A DNA stretch of 64,000 nucleotides, taken from the NCBI GenBank assembly GCA_951406725.2, contig OX597819.1:55800001-55864000 (forward strand). Reading direction: 5' to 3'. Below the pieces are notes generated by a model. It was not told the origin of the DNA. It ran no database searches and saw only the letters and a program-made list of their open reading frames with translations. The stretch is from Octopus vulgaris. Taxonomy: Eukaryota. Both the position numbers and the translations under genes were made by a program. Positions within the stretch are counted from its first letter, which is position 1, and each line of letters starts with the position of its first letter. This document shows positions 24,801-38,070 of the stretch, piece after piece.

Positions 24801-25108
24801 TCCACTGCTTTTCAATACAGTCTGTGTATGGATGCTATCATCGTTTGGATCTACAAGATTGAAGGAATCGTTAACAACTTCATGAGTATAGAAGTTGTCG
24901 AGACCCACGTATGAAGAACAACCATCGGATATCAAATTGGTAATATCTGATACCTTATAATGGACTAGAGTGTTTCGCGCATGTGATCAGGATCGGAGTT
25001 CTTTTTGTTCTTTTTATCAAATGTTGGTGTATCACTCTTGTCATTTCCGTTTCTTTTAGGACAATTTACTTTCATATTTTTACGAAGTTAAACTGCATGT
25101 TAACCTTT

Positions 25109-25144
<36 letters not shown>

Positions 25145-25216
25145 GCATATATAGGTGTGTTTATGGAGAAAAGAATTGTGTCTACGCAGGAAAGACTTTA
25201 GGAGACTTTTGTTTTG

Positions 25217-25747
25217 GGGTTTGAAAATGCATCTGAGTATTAAAACTTGGTCACTTAAAAATTTTGCAACAGATTTATTAAAGTACCAAACCGGTTTCGT
25301 CAGTTTTATGATGATCAATGATTAAAAACAAAAATAAGGTTTTAGGTGAGGTTAAAGTTACAAGGCAAAATTTCGGAAAACTTTTTTCGTTCTTTTCTTT
25401 TTTGTTACTCTTTTAAAGTCATCATATCTAACTGTTAATATTATTCAATATAACTGAACATTCAGTCATGTATGATGTAATGGAATTCATCGAACATTTG
25501 AACTTCTATTACTGCTTACCTCTGTGAAATTCATTGAATATTGGAATTTGTATAAATATGTCATCTTTTAAGCATGTTTTTCTGAATTTTCCTTGTAAGG
25601 TTAACCTCCTCTAGAATCTTATTTATTTATTTTTTATTTACCATTAATAAACAGAAGATGTCGAAACCAGTTTGATATTCTAATAAATCTGCTACAAAAT
25701 TTTAAAACGACCACACGTTTTAAGGCCCAGGCGCATTTTCAAATCCC
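25217..25747. mobile_element. Foldback element with about 170-bp degenerate arms
   Basis: GGGTTTGAAAATGC...CAGATTTATTA...AAACCGGTTTCG is mirrored by CGAAACCAGTTTG...TAATAAATCTG...GCATTTTCAAATCCC. Confidence 0.7.
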
Positions 25748-26346
25748 TTGCGCGTGATACTCTCAGCCCTCGAGTCACTCTGTAACTTCTATTGTTTGGC
25801 GAACTTGTAAATCCTTAGCACGGTGGACAAAATGCTAAGCGGCATTTCGTCTGTCTTTACGTTCTGAGCTCAAATTCCGCTGAACTCACTTGCTTTCCAT
25901 CCTTTCAGGATCAACTGAATAAGTACCAGTTGAGCAGTGGAGTCGATGTAACGACTATAGATAAAATGAGGGCGTGTTTAGAGTATTGCACTCGCGATCG
26001 TTAGATCGTGGGTTCGATTCCCAAATCTGGTGGTACGTTGTGTTTTTGAGCAAAACACTTCATTTCATGTTGCTCTAGTCCCCCTTTCGATCAGTGGGGG
26101 ACTGTTGGCCTGCTGCTCTTCTAACCAGCAGGATGGCGTCATCCGAAGAGTAAAACAATGCAAATATGATTGTGTCCAGCGATGTGTAACAACATCTGAT
26201 AGTCTGGTCGGTCACGTGATCACGTGTTTTTTATATATATATATAGTTAATCCAAACATGAAAACACAAAGAGAAAACAAAACAACGCGAGGACGCGGAA
26301 CAAATATAGTATTATTGGACGCTCAGGAAGGAAGGAAAGAAGGAGG

Positions 26347-26381
26347 GTTTAACGTTTCGAGCGGAGCTCTTCGTCAGAAAC
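26347..26381 (-). ncRNA. Minimal type I hammerhead ribozyme motif
   Basis: Minus strand: GTTT-CTGACGA-A-GAGC-TCC-GCTC-GAAA-CGTTA-AAC. Confidence 0.75.
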
Positions 26382-27799
26382 ATAGGAAAAGGAAAGATCC
26401 AGAGAAGGGAAGACGGAGGAAAAAAATCGCCAACGGTACACATGCGGTCACATACTTAAGACCGAAGGTCGATCCTCTTTACTATTATTGCAAAATACTG
26501 TTTTTGTGGTTTAATCATAAGCAGAAAGTCAGGACTTCCGAGATTGGCTGAAGGGACAAATAAACAAATTCGTGGGTTTTCCTCAAATCTGGCTCCTTGT
26601 CGTCCAAAATATTTTCTACTCCATAAAGGCACCTAAATGCAACAGATTAAGTTTTCCACTCATTCAACAGGCCCATTCAGTGAGACTGGCTTCTACACAG
26701 ATTCTTGTCTAACCAATTTCTCTCACAAAGGCTTGGGTTAACTTGCAAAGTATGGTACAAGATATAGACGACGTTTGCTCAAGGAACGACAGAGTGGGAT
26801 GGAGCCAACTCGTAACTACGTGATTATGAAGTTGATCTCTTAACCAATCGGCTAAGCCTTAATGCATCTAGTATTTCATTTGATTTAATAAAATGTAGTT
26901 TCACTGCAGAGTCATTGCTTAAACTTTAAGTAGATCAAGAAACAGCGTTGCAGTTACATGGTTACTTGGAAACGATGTGTTGACTCCAGGTCAGAGTTAA
27001 ATGAGCAGTTCTATAATAAAAATGTGAAGTATATTTGCCACTTAAATGTGGCTAACCACTTGGAGGCAAATATTCTTCACATTGTCGTGCAGCTACTGTT
27101 CATACCTCGTTCAGAGATTTATTATTGCTTACCTATAATAAAATGTTTTCCAACAACAGTTATCCCATCTTTTTATATATATATCAACAACTACATTTTC
27201 TTAAGACGGCGTGGTTTGAGGGTGATTTGGCTGCTTTTTCTAAAAATCGAGTTTCATCGCTTGCTCGAAACGAAATAGAATCAACTGGAAATTGAAGTTG
27301 TATTAGTTTGACCCATTTTCTTCTAGTAGAAAGCTATAAAAGTGATATGCGGATTGAAACATGCGTTAATGACTTGACTGCGATCTTGAAGTACCGGCAG
27401 ATTTGGTCAATCCTTGTGCTCTGAGAAAAGATGTTCGTGAACAAACATTGGATTAATCTCTCTCTCTATATATCATTTGTTAAATGAGTCGGAAATGTAT
27501 TTATAGAAATGGTTGTTTTGATATTAAGTTGTGCTGAAAATAATCTGACAATTAGTTGAAACCTTTTTTTATTTGTTTCAGTCATTGGACTGCAGCTATT
27601 TTGACGTGCAGACTTGAAGGGTTTACTTGAACAGATCGGCCCCAGGACTAATTTTTAATGCCTGGCACTTAGCCTGTTGGTCAAGCTGCTAAGTTACGGG
27701 TACGTAAACAAATCAACACCAGTTGTCAAGCGGTGGTGGGTGATTAACATAGACATACATGCACACACACGTGCATGCATGTATCTATGTATGTATGAT

Positions 27800-28265
27800 G
27801 CTTCTATTTTTTAATTATTATAAATCTTCCACTGAGGAGGGAGCCGGCTTCCAACAAAGATACAAAGCTCCGTCTTTGGGATATAGCTAACGCGGACAGA
27901 TTCACATTTGGAACTTGAGAAAAGTCTTGCATATATTTACTGTTCCACTCACAGATTGCACTTGTATTGCACGAATTAGCCGGTCGATTTCTCATTCTGA
28001 AAATCCCACTTTATTCAGATTCTTCTTTAAGCATTTGATAGCAAATCCTAATGTTCCAATTATTATTGGTATACTCTTTTACTCTTTTACTTGTTTCAGT
28101 CATTTGACTGCGGCCATGCTGGAGTACCGCCCTTAGTCAAGCAAATCGACCTCGGGATTTATTCTTTGTAAGCCCAGTACTTATTTTAATGGACCCTTTT
28201 GCCGAACCGCTAAGTTACGGGGACCTAAACACACCAGCATCGGTTGTCAAGCAATGCTAGGGGGA

Positions 28266-28343
<78 letters not shown>

Positions 28344-28905
28344 CGACAGGCTTCTTTCAGTTTCCGTCTACCAAATCCACTCACAAGGCATTGGTCAGCC
28401 CGGGGCTATAGCAGAAGACACTTGCCCAAGATGCCACGCAGTGGGACTGAACCCGGAACCATGTGGCTGGTTAGCAAGCTACTTACCACACAGCCACTCC
28501 TGCGCCTATATGAATATGAATTCATATTCCAGATATAGCACCGAAGTAAATCTTGGTTTAGTTGTTGAGTCCAAGTAAAATGAGAAGAGTATTTACTTCT
28601 TAAATAACTTACCGATGAAGTAGTTCTGTTATCATCGGTGCTGACGTTGTTAGTTTCATCTGTGGTGGTGTTAGTTTCAGCCATAATCGTGTTAGCGAGT
28701 TTCCACGTGTTGTAGATGTATATTTTAAAATCTGTTCAGGATAACGCTACGCTGGTGAGTAAAAGGTGTTTCTCTTATTAATTATTCAAGAAATAAGCCA
28801 GTTACCGAATTAGGCTGGAGAAGTCGGTATATTTCTAGAGAAAGGCGTTCAAAACGAACTTTTTAAACGGTCCTCTACACCGGCACGTCTGATGTTGACG
28901 GCGTA
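27800..28905 (-). mobile_element. Internally deleted R4/Dong-like LINE (5' UTR and N-terminus joined to C-terminus and 3' UTR), split by a SINE
   Basis: 28684 onward reads MAETN...FTWTQQLNQDLLRCY (R4/Dong N-terminal WT...N..L..CY). 28070-27900 reads PIIIGTLG...LNKVGFS....RLIRAIQVQSVSGTVNICKTFLKF*. Both ends abut (TATG)n. Confidence 0.72.
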
Positions 28906-30479
28906 TGTAGTATGTATATCTGTCTGTCTGTCTGTATGTATGTATAAATAAATGAATAACACACTTTAAGTACAGGACATCACCAACGAGTGAAAAATAC
29001 GTAAACACATGAGAGATAAGTACAGGACAAAATACCAAAAGAAGATAACTCCTCATCAGTTGTCGATGTTTTCACTACTCCCTGTTTCGTATGTATGTAT
29101 ACACTTGCACATGGCAGATTTCCATACAGTTTCCGTCTATCAAATTCACATTGGTCGGCCCAGGGCTATAACTAGATACTTGCCCAAAGTGCGAACTGTG
29201 AGACTGAACTTGAAATCACGTGGTTGCAAAGTGAGTTTCTCAACCCCACTGTCATGTCGGCATCTATTCTTTTATTCTTTTATTATTTTACTTCTTTCAG
29301 TCATTTGACTGCGGCCATGCTGCAGCACCACCCGAAAGGGTTTTAGTCGAAGAAATCAATACCAAGACTTATTCTTTGTAAGCTCAGTACGTATTCTATC
29401 GGTAACTTTTGATGAACCGCTAATTTATAGGGGACATAAACACACCAGCATCGGTTGTCAAGCGATGGCAGAGAGGGGACAAACACGCGCGCGTACACAC
29501 ACACACATACGACGGGCTTCTTTCAGTTTCCCTCTACCAAATGCACTCACAAAGTTTTGATCGGCCCGAGGCTATAGCAGAGGGACACTTGCCCAAGGTT
29601 CTACGCAGTAGGACTGAACCTAATATCATGTGGTTGAGAAGCAAGATTCTTACCACATATCCACGCCTGCGCCCTATATTTATATATATTATTTTCTGCT
29701 CAAGGCACAAGGCTCGAAATTTTTGGGGAGGGGGTCAGTCGATTAGATCGACCCTAGTGCACAACTGGTACTTAATTTATCGACCCCGAAAGGATGAAAG
29801 GCAAAGTCGACCTCAGCGGAATTTGAACTCAGAACGTAACGACAGACGAAATACCGCCAAGCATTTCGCCCGGCGTGCAAACGCTTCTGCCAGCTCGCCA
29901 CCCTAAGCAGCTTTATATACCAATATGTCTTTTGTTGAGGAATGCAATATTTGAAATTATTTCTTGTTGAGAGATGTCAAGTTTATTCAGACAATGTGAC
30001 TTGCAGTAAATACTATTTCTATTTTTGGCAGATATTTAACATAATCGTGAAATTTAATTTCGCGGTTAAAGAGTTAAGGATGGATGGATTTCTATAAAGA
30101 ATAAGTCATAACCAATGTAATAAAATATTCTTGACTTCTATTTTAAATTCCATTACATCTAGGATATTCTGTGGCTATATTATTATAAAACGACTGGTAC
30201 TTTATCGATCACAACAAACTGAAAGACCAAGTTGATCTCAGCGGGATGGACCGTAAAGAGTTATAATTAAATAGAGCTAAGCATCTTGTCCGACGCCATC
30301 GTTTGCACGCTGGACATAATGCTTAGCGGCTTTTCTTCTGGTTTTACGTTCCGGGTCCAACGGGATCGATCATGACTTTCATTCTTTCGGGATCGATAAA
30401 ACAAGTACCAGTTGGGTACGGGGGTTGATGCGATCGACTTCGTCCTCTATGACCTTAGACAATACATTAACATCTGCTG

Positions 30480-31010
30480 ACCAATACAAAAATGAACAAA
30501 AGAATATCAGATCTGTCGTTTGTATTGGATTGCTGCTTTTTTTAAAGAAATGTCTCGCCAGTGTTTCCTTATTTTAAAAGTGTCACTACATTCTAGTTAT
30601 AGTATGTCTTTGGTATGACCATCAAGCCAAACCTTACTACGAATAGCATTAGAAACAGCTTTGGCAATATCATCATGGGAAGGTAATATCTTGCGGATAT
30701 TTTGGGCATGCTGATGTGTGTGATATCTTCCACATTGGTATAGAAAAATCGATATTTTCTATCACAACGAAGAGGTTTGAAGGCATATTTATCTCTTTTA
30801 TTCATCAGGTATTTATTTGCTATCTCCTGTTCTTGAATAGCAGAGGCATATCCTTCGAGATGGTATGCGATTTGTTTATCACAGATTCAGGAGAAGCTAC
30901 TCTCCCTGTCAATCATTTTAGTATCTTCTAGTGCATACCGTACCAATTATCTGGCGAGTCTGGGATCGAAAGTGACCAAGATTTCTGGATATTATGGTTT
31001 TCCGGAGACA
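30480..31010 (-). mobile_element. R4/Dong-like LINE fragment (pre-knuckle and zinc-knuckle region)
   Basis: Translation HLEGYASAIQEQEIANKYLMNKRD...RCDRKYRF....VEDITHI...YYLP..DDIAK. Confidence 0.72.
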
Positions 31011-31286
31011 GTTTAAATATACATGAAAGTAAGAAAAAACAAACTAAATTGTATTTAACGGATTAGAATTAATACATTTCTAAAGCTGAGTCTGTTTAAT
31101 ATTCATTAATCCATTAAAAATTCTTAAAATGTATTATCATGTACAAGGTATACGGCATAATGCTTATTAAGATGAAAATTAAACAGAGAAAAGGAAGATC
31201 ATGATTTTACTTAGCAGATACAGGTACAAATTAATACACTTCTAAAGCAGAATATGCTTAATTTTAATGAATCCACACTAAAAGTA

Positions 31287-31852
31287 TTGGGTTGTCCGGA
31301 AAGTTCGTGCCGATTTATAGTAGCTTACATTTCGACTTATTTTAGAACATGGTTGAGTTCATAAAATAGGATTTGACTACATCTCCATTTAGAGCACAGT
31401 TTAAGTTATCTTTTCGTGGAAGAAGGTTTATGTTCCTATAACCTGTGTTAATTCTGTAACCCTTTAAAATGGAAGATAAGAAAGTTCATTTTCGGCACTT
31501 GATGCTTTGGGAACCAGACAAAAATTGCTGCAGCTCGGCTGTGGTGTGTTACCCCACCCTCCACATTCACCAGATATTGCTCCTTCGGATTTCCACTTAT
31601 TCAGGTCTCTGCAGAATAGTTTTAATGGTAAAAATTTCAATTCCTTGGCTGACGTAAAAATATACCTTGATGAATTCTTTGCCATGAAATCACCTCAATT
31701 CTGGGAAGAGGGTATTTTCAAGTTAAAGGAAAGATGGAGACGCATTGTGCGACATAATGGTTCATATTTGGTTGATTAAAAATGTAATGGCAAGTATTTA
31801 TTGACCTTTTTCTTTCCTTTAAAATTTGGCACGAACTCTCTGGACAACCCAA
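31287..31852 (+). mobile_element. Internally deleted mariner (non-autonomous, 566 bp)
   Basis: TA-flanked TIRs TTGGGTTGTCCGGAAAGTTCGTGCC. The N-terminus MEDKKVHFRHLMLWE is fused to the C-terminal LPHPPHSPDIAPSDFHLFRSLQ...RWRRIV. Confidence 0.93.
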
Positions 31853-32249
31853 TATAAAACAAAACTATTTTTAACACGCTGCATGTAAATTAACCATCTT
31901 CTAAAGCAGGGTCTCTTTGTTTTCTGCAGAGTACCATCAGTGCCATCAGCTGAGGGCTTAACTCTGTGACAGAGTGGGTTACTGTTTAGAAGAGTGTCTT
32001 GTCCTATCAGTTATTTACACATCATAAAAATCGATTAAGCTTCGACGCTAATGAATCTGTAAGCTCCACGGAAAATTTAACTATCTCCCCTCTTCTGTGT
32101 GTGTCGTATGTATACACACATACACACACACATATAATTATACATATATGAATATAAACATATACGTATGTATATTTATATATATGTATGCATGTGTATA
32201 TACACTTTTATTCGTGTAAGCCATGCGGTTGCAGTCATGCTGGAGCAAT

Positions 32250-34155
32250 ATATATAGTTAAGAAAAGATTAGAAATCTATACAAATCAAATTTATAAAAT
32301 ATAAAAGATGGAGGTGGAAACAGCTCGAAAGTAAATTTAAGACGTTTTAATTTAGAAAGAAATGAATAAAATGATTTAAATTTTTTATTCATTCATTAAT
32401 TTTTTTATATATAGAAGTTATAAAATACTGCCGGTTTCGATGATAAATTTCATCTTATCAAATATTAATAAAATTTGGAATTTGAAGTAAAAATAGTTTG
32501 TATTTATCTTCTGTTTGGTAGTTAGGGCATATCTGGAGTTTGCCCGTAAAGTTTTCTTTAAATATAGTCTGTTTGTTAATAATTCGGTATAGAGTTAAAG
32601 GTGTTAGAGAGAAGGAGAGGGGGTATGGTTGTCTATTGTCTAAAAAAATCTCTGAATTCCTGCCAAGGGAGTCGCTTAAAAGCATTTATTGAATGAGTTT
32701 TATGTCCAGTTGTGTGTGTGAATGAGTGCTTGTGTGCGTGTGTATGTGTGTGTAATGTGTGTGTAGTGTGTGTGTATGTGTGTGTGTGTGTATTGTGTTG
32801 AATGTCCTTTCAATGTTTGGAATGTGACCAGCTGTGTATTAATGGGTGTGTATGTTGTGATAAATGTCTTGTTAAGAATTCTATTAAGGAATTAAGGTTT
32901 TCCTTCTTTTTGGTGTGAGTGTGTGTTTGAACCGCAAAGTTTTCTTTTGATTGTCTCCTGCTGTGTATATATGTGTGTGTTTTGCAATGTTTTCTTTCGA
33001 GTGTCTCTAGCTGTGTTTATGTGTGTGTGTCTGTGTGTGTATTTACCAAATCAATAGTATGGGATATGAGGCCTGCAACATCAATATTAGCGGTTGGGAG
33101 GCAGTTGCCGGCAACCGTGGAGAATAGCGACGTACAGTAAAAGAGGGAATACAAAAGAGTGACAGAGAGAGAGAGGAGAAATGGAAAGAAAGGAAGAGAC
33201 GTAAACAAGAGACCATGGCACTACAACCAGCCAGGAACAGTCTTCGCTACATTTGCAGTACCTGCCAGAGGGAGTTTGTCCAGGATAGGACTACACAGCC
33301 ACAGCAGGAAATGTATCAGGAAATAAAATATAACAGCCGGACTAGACCTAGAAAAAAAAAAATTTAAAAAAAAATGCGCAACTCCATTGTCTCTCGAGAC
33401 AGAACGGATGCCAATACAATAGTATGTATGATTGTTTTTTTAAGTGTCCGTTCTTATAGCGGTTCGTTCTATATTCAATTGTGGCTCATATTTGTTAATA
33501 AATTGCCTTTATTTAATCTTTGTTGTTGGTTGAAAAAATCCGAGAACTTGTAGAGGGGAAAGATTTTGAAATTGGTTAAGTTCATTCTTGCACAGGTTGC
33601 AATGTGACTGCTTAAAGGAATTTTCCTCGTGTTTTTGTCTCGGATCTGTTGGCGATGAGTTTTCTGCGTCATAGGTGAGATTGGATTTAATTTTGAAGGT
33701 TTGACCGTCTTTGAATTTAAATTTTGGTCCTTCAATTAAGTAACGGCAACTGCTACAGTTTGTTCTTCCGATTTTTTTTGTGACAGTTGGGTTGGGTGGG
33801 TGGGTGGCGGATCTTTGTGTGTTTTTGCTCCAAGTGTTTTGGGTTGCCGTTTACATTTGATGATTTGGTGTTTTTTCTAAGATTTTCCTCATCTTTTTTC
33901 ATCTGCAAATAAAATGGGAAGGTTTTTGCGGATGTGATCAAATATTTCAGTGTTTCTGGGATTGAAGGTTGACACAAATGGTATGACGTTTTTTGTTTTT
34001 TTTGTTTTTTGTTTCTCTAAGTTCATCGATATTCATCTGTTTTGCCTTGTTTATTCCGCTGGTGACTATGCCAGGAGGGAAGGCTCTTTGGATAAGTGTA
34101 TCCGTCAGTTCCTCTAGTCTTTGTTCACGTTTGGATGGTTCTGATACTATGGTTA
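32250..34155 (-). mobile_element. Penelope-like element (Poseidon-type) RT C-terminus/GIY-YIG remnant and 3' region
   Basis: Translation TIVSEPSKREQRLEELTDTLIQRAFPPGIV...HRQQIRDKNTRKIPLSSHIATC...FKIFPLYK, with a degenerate hammerhead near 32417-32467. Confidence 0.75.
33190..33420 (+). mobile_element. RTE/BovB-like LINE 3' end
   Basis: SRIGLHSHSRKC* C-terminal motif followed by a short 3' UTR. Confidence 0.65.
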
Positions 34156-34295
34156 TATGACCTTATATTTTGCATAATCTGCACCTAGAATTCCCTTTTA
34201 TAAATGCAAGATTATACAAGGATGATGGTCTTATAGTCACCCATAATTTAAACAGCCATGAGTTAGATAAACTTAGGAAGAATCTGATTACTTTC

Positions 34296-34942
34296 GGATC
34301 TTTTCAATTCTGAAGCCAGTTTTTTCAAATTTTTCCTACTGAACCAAACAATTTGAAACTTCGTATACTGGTAGAATGTGTCAAAAGTAAACTTAATTGT
34401 AAACCAGAATGAAAACGGAATTGTAACTTCTAAGTTTAACGTTGTTTAATAATTAGAATTTTAACCAATGATATTCCGTCATTCGGCTTTATTTTATTTA
34501 CTCCGTCTCGACCACCAATTTGGTGACGTATTAAACATCTTAAATGTAAACAAACCGCATGTATCCGTGAAATCTCCTTCTAATTATTTAACGTACTCAT
34601 GTTTCCAGGATCCTATAGTCAGCCACCTTCTAATAACAATATTTAAAACTAGTTAATAAGCCACATGTATTAAATTGAAAATGTTTCCATTCTGTTAGTA
34701 CTTGCTTTCGTTTGCTATTAAGAAGTGGCATCTCAGTGACGAGGCTTCTAACAAGATTTCGTTTCTAAGCTAATGCGTTTCATTTCACTTATTGTATTTA
34801 TTTGTGCAAAAGGCAAGAAATTTAATATTAAAAAAGCAAAGAGCTGGCAGAAACGTTAGCACGCCGGGCGAAATGCGTAGCCGTATTTCGTTTGCCGTTA
34901 CGTTCTGAGTTCAAATTCCGCCGAGGTCGATTTTGCCTTTCA

Positions 34943-35037
<95 letters not shown>

Positions 35038-35909
35038 AGCAGAAAAGAAGTTTGCCAATGTCCAGCGACGTGAGGACCAAAGAACTGAGGTATTTCGTAT
35101 TGCTAGACAGTGTGTCAGAGAAAATAGTGATGTTACAGGGGAGAAATGTGTCCGCATGGATGATGGGGCACTTGCTTTTATTGTTGGTGAAAAGAAAGAG
35201 GCTTGGAGAAGCCATTATGAAAGACTGTTGAATGTGGAGAATGAATGAGAGGAGGAGAGCCTGCCAAATGTTGACCCAGTAGAGGGACCAGCTATCCAAA
35301 TAGACAGCTCCCTTGTAGTTAAGGCAATTAAGGATATGAAACCAGGTAAAGCCCCCGGCCCATCAGGAATCACTGCTGAGATGCTTAAAACAGCTGGTTA
35401 TGCGGGCTATGGCCTAGTCACCCGTATTGTTAACCAGGTAGTTCATAATGGAGTCATACCCAATGACTGGCGTAGCAGCACCATAGTCAACTACTACAAG
35501 GGTAAGGGTGATGCTCTAGATAGAAATAACTACAGGGGTATTAAACTGTTGGATCAGGTGATGAAGGCCACAGAGAGGGTCATAACCCATCTCATTAGGG
35601 AGAGAATTTGCTTAGATGAGATGCAGTTCGGTTTTGTTTACAGTTTTCAAACGAACGTTAGTACGTCACAAAAGCGCTTTCTACGTCACACTAATAGAAT
35701 GCAGTCAAGTTTTACACATGAAAACAAACAATCTGATTGGTTAAAATTCGCAGTTTTAATCTACGATTAAAGTCATAAAATAGATTTTTCTCAAATAAAC
35801 TAGTTCCAACCTGTGTCTTGTTTTGCTAGACTCTATCAGCATACGAAGTTTCAGATTATTTAGTTAAGTAGAAAGATCTGTGGTCCTGGCTTCAAAAATG
35901 AAAAGATCC
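34296..35909. mobile_element. TIR DNA transposon (GG termini, 8-bp TSD; Merlin/MULE-like) carrying nested SINE, (CA)n and RTE fragments
   Basis: TIRs GGATCTTTTCA.TT.TGAAGCCAG and CTGGCTTCAAAAATGAAAAGATCC, TSD TTACTTTC at 34288-34295 and 35910-35917, and subterminal inverted GAAACTTCGTAT. Confidence 0.85.
35036..35635 (+). mobile_element. RTE-clade LINE reverse-transcriptase fragment
   Basis: Translation KEAWRSHYERLLNVENE...MKPGKAPGPSGITAEMLK...IPNDWRSSTIV.YYKGKGDALDRNNYRGIKLLDQVMK...QFGF, with one in-frame stop. Confidence 0.92.
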
Positions 35910-38070
35910 TTACTTTCTTCCAAAGAATAGGCTTATGGATTATGATAGAAAGTAACGTTAAAAACGTAGATCTTTATAGATATAAACTTAGATTTACAAT
36001 TAAATAAATTAAAACCTTATCATAAGTCCAATGAAAAGATATGTTATATTAGCAAAGAATCTAATCATCCACCCGTAATTCTTAAGAACCTAGTTAGTAA
36101 TGTAAGAAGGCGAATATCATCAATTTCTTCAGATGAGGCAGCATTTCAAAATGCTGCGCCGTATTACAACAATGCATTAAGGAAAACTAGATTCTCGGAG
36201 AAGATCCAGTATAGTCAAGTTAATTCTAGCAATAACAGGCCATGTAGAGCTAGAACTAGGAAAGTTTTGTGGTTTAACCCTGCATTTAATATTGCCGTAA
36301 AAACTAATATAGGAATGGAATTCTTAAAATTAGGTTCTAAGCATTTTCAATCTAGCCATAAGTTCTATAGAATATTTAATAGTAGAATACTGAAGGTTAG
36401 CTATTCTTGTTGTAAAAGCTTTGCCTCTTTTATTAATCAGCACAACACGAAAATTATTACAAACAATCACAGTGCCGAATCTACTCTGAGGAACTGCAAC
36501 TTCAAAGATAAGACTTGCTGTCCGTCTTGAAAAAGGAATTGTTTATTGAGCTAAAGTGCAAGTAGATGGCTCTCAAAATATAAAACATACACAGAGGTTC
36601 CGGAAAATTCATTGAAGACTCGATTCTATTTCCACCGAAATTCTTTCCGATACCCCGAGAATAGGAAAGCAACTAGTCTTGCAAAGCATGTCTGGGGATT
36701 GAAAGAGAATGACACCCGTCCTTTCAATGTAACTTGGGAAATTATAGAAAACGCATCATCATACAGACATGGAGTTTATAAAAGACCCATGAAATGTAAT
36801 CTGTGCCTCACAGAAAAGTTCTTCATCCTGTTCCCGGATAAACATGCTTTGAACCAGAGACGCGAGCTCTTAAATTCCTATAAGCCCGCCGCGAGATTTA
36901 AAATGTCAGCCGATAAAATACCGTATGGGTAAAATGTTTTGACTTTCGGAAAATTTTTACTGTCGCATTTGAATTTGACTTTATACCTTATAGTTATTTT
37001 GTATTACAATGCTAGTGCATATTTCGACTTCACTTTTAAGAAAGCCTTCGACTGTTGTACAAATTTAAGCTTAAGCTTCGCCGAGGTTTATTTTTATTGC
37101 TCACTCACGCATTTAATTGTGTTATATGAATTTATTGTGCAATTTCCTTATTTTAGCATTTTAATATTATATATACCAGACAGTTTTTAAAAATGTTTGC
37201 GTATATACGTTATGAGGAATATTTATGTGTATGTACGTGTATATAGATATGTATGTGCATATGTATATATATATGTGTGTGTATGTATATGTATATATAC
37301 ATATGTGGGCATGTATTTGCGTACATATTTATTTGTATATTTGTATGTGTGTCTACATGTATGTGTATTTCTATGTATGCTTGTGTTCATGTAGATATAC
37401 ATGTAATTTTACGTGTGCATTTTTATATGTGTACACTTCCCAATCTGAACGAAGTATCTAACTTTCGTTAGATATTTATTGGAACGCCAGTCATTTCACT
37501 CTCTCTTTACCTCTATCTATATTTCCCCTTTCTCTCTCTAATTTTCTGTTCCTTTTTCTTTTGTTTCTTTTTCTTCTTTTCTCCTTTTTTTTCTCCCCAC
37601 TCCAGCCATTTGTTATTCTCTGATTTTTAAGTTTTCTATCTTTCGCCTGTAACATCTAACTTGGATAAGCACACGCCAAGAGGTTTTGTGTGCGTACGTG
37701 TGTGCGCGTACTTAATTTATTGCCTATATATATCAGTATATGTTAGTAGCCTTATACCTACGTCTGTATGTTTAGTGTATATACGTATATTACAGATTGT
37801 TTGGCATGTGTATGTACTGCTAAATGTATATGCAATTTAGCGTGAAAAATTTTTAAACGGATATATCTCTTAATTCATTAATTTATTATTATTTTTACAG
37901 CTAATTATTTACCCTGGGTATTCAGGCCTCTTTCCTTCTTCATAAGTTATTTTTGATTTAAGGTGTTCGACGATTTTTATAATAATATGATTTTAAACTG
38001 CAATTTGTTATTTCATGCAACCGGTTATTGAAAAGACCGTTTGTTGAAAGGACCAATGAAACAAAACCAT

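Larger units (their letters stand above)
34160..36932 (+). mobile_element. Penelope-like element (Neptune-type) RT thumb and GIY-YIG endonuclease, interrupted at 34296-35909
   Basis: LYKDDGL...LDKLRKNLITF continues after the TSD as FQRIGL...SNHPPVILKNL...WFNPAFNIAVKTNIGMEFL...KVSYSC...KTRFYFHRNSFR...TSLAKHVW.LKE...CNLCLTEK. The microsatellite-rich 3' region continues to about 39460. Confidence 0.88.

Noticed and set aside
28254-28538. Recurrent ORFs such as [27 protein letters not shown] and HNWYLIYRPRKDERQSRP
   Set aside because: These are antisense translations of SINE families A and B.
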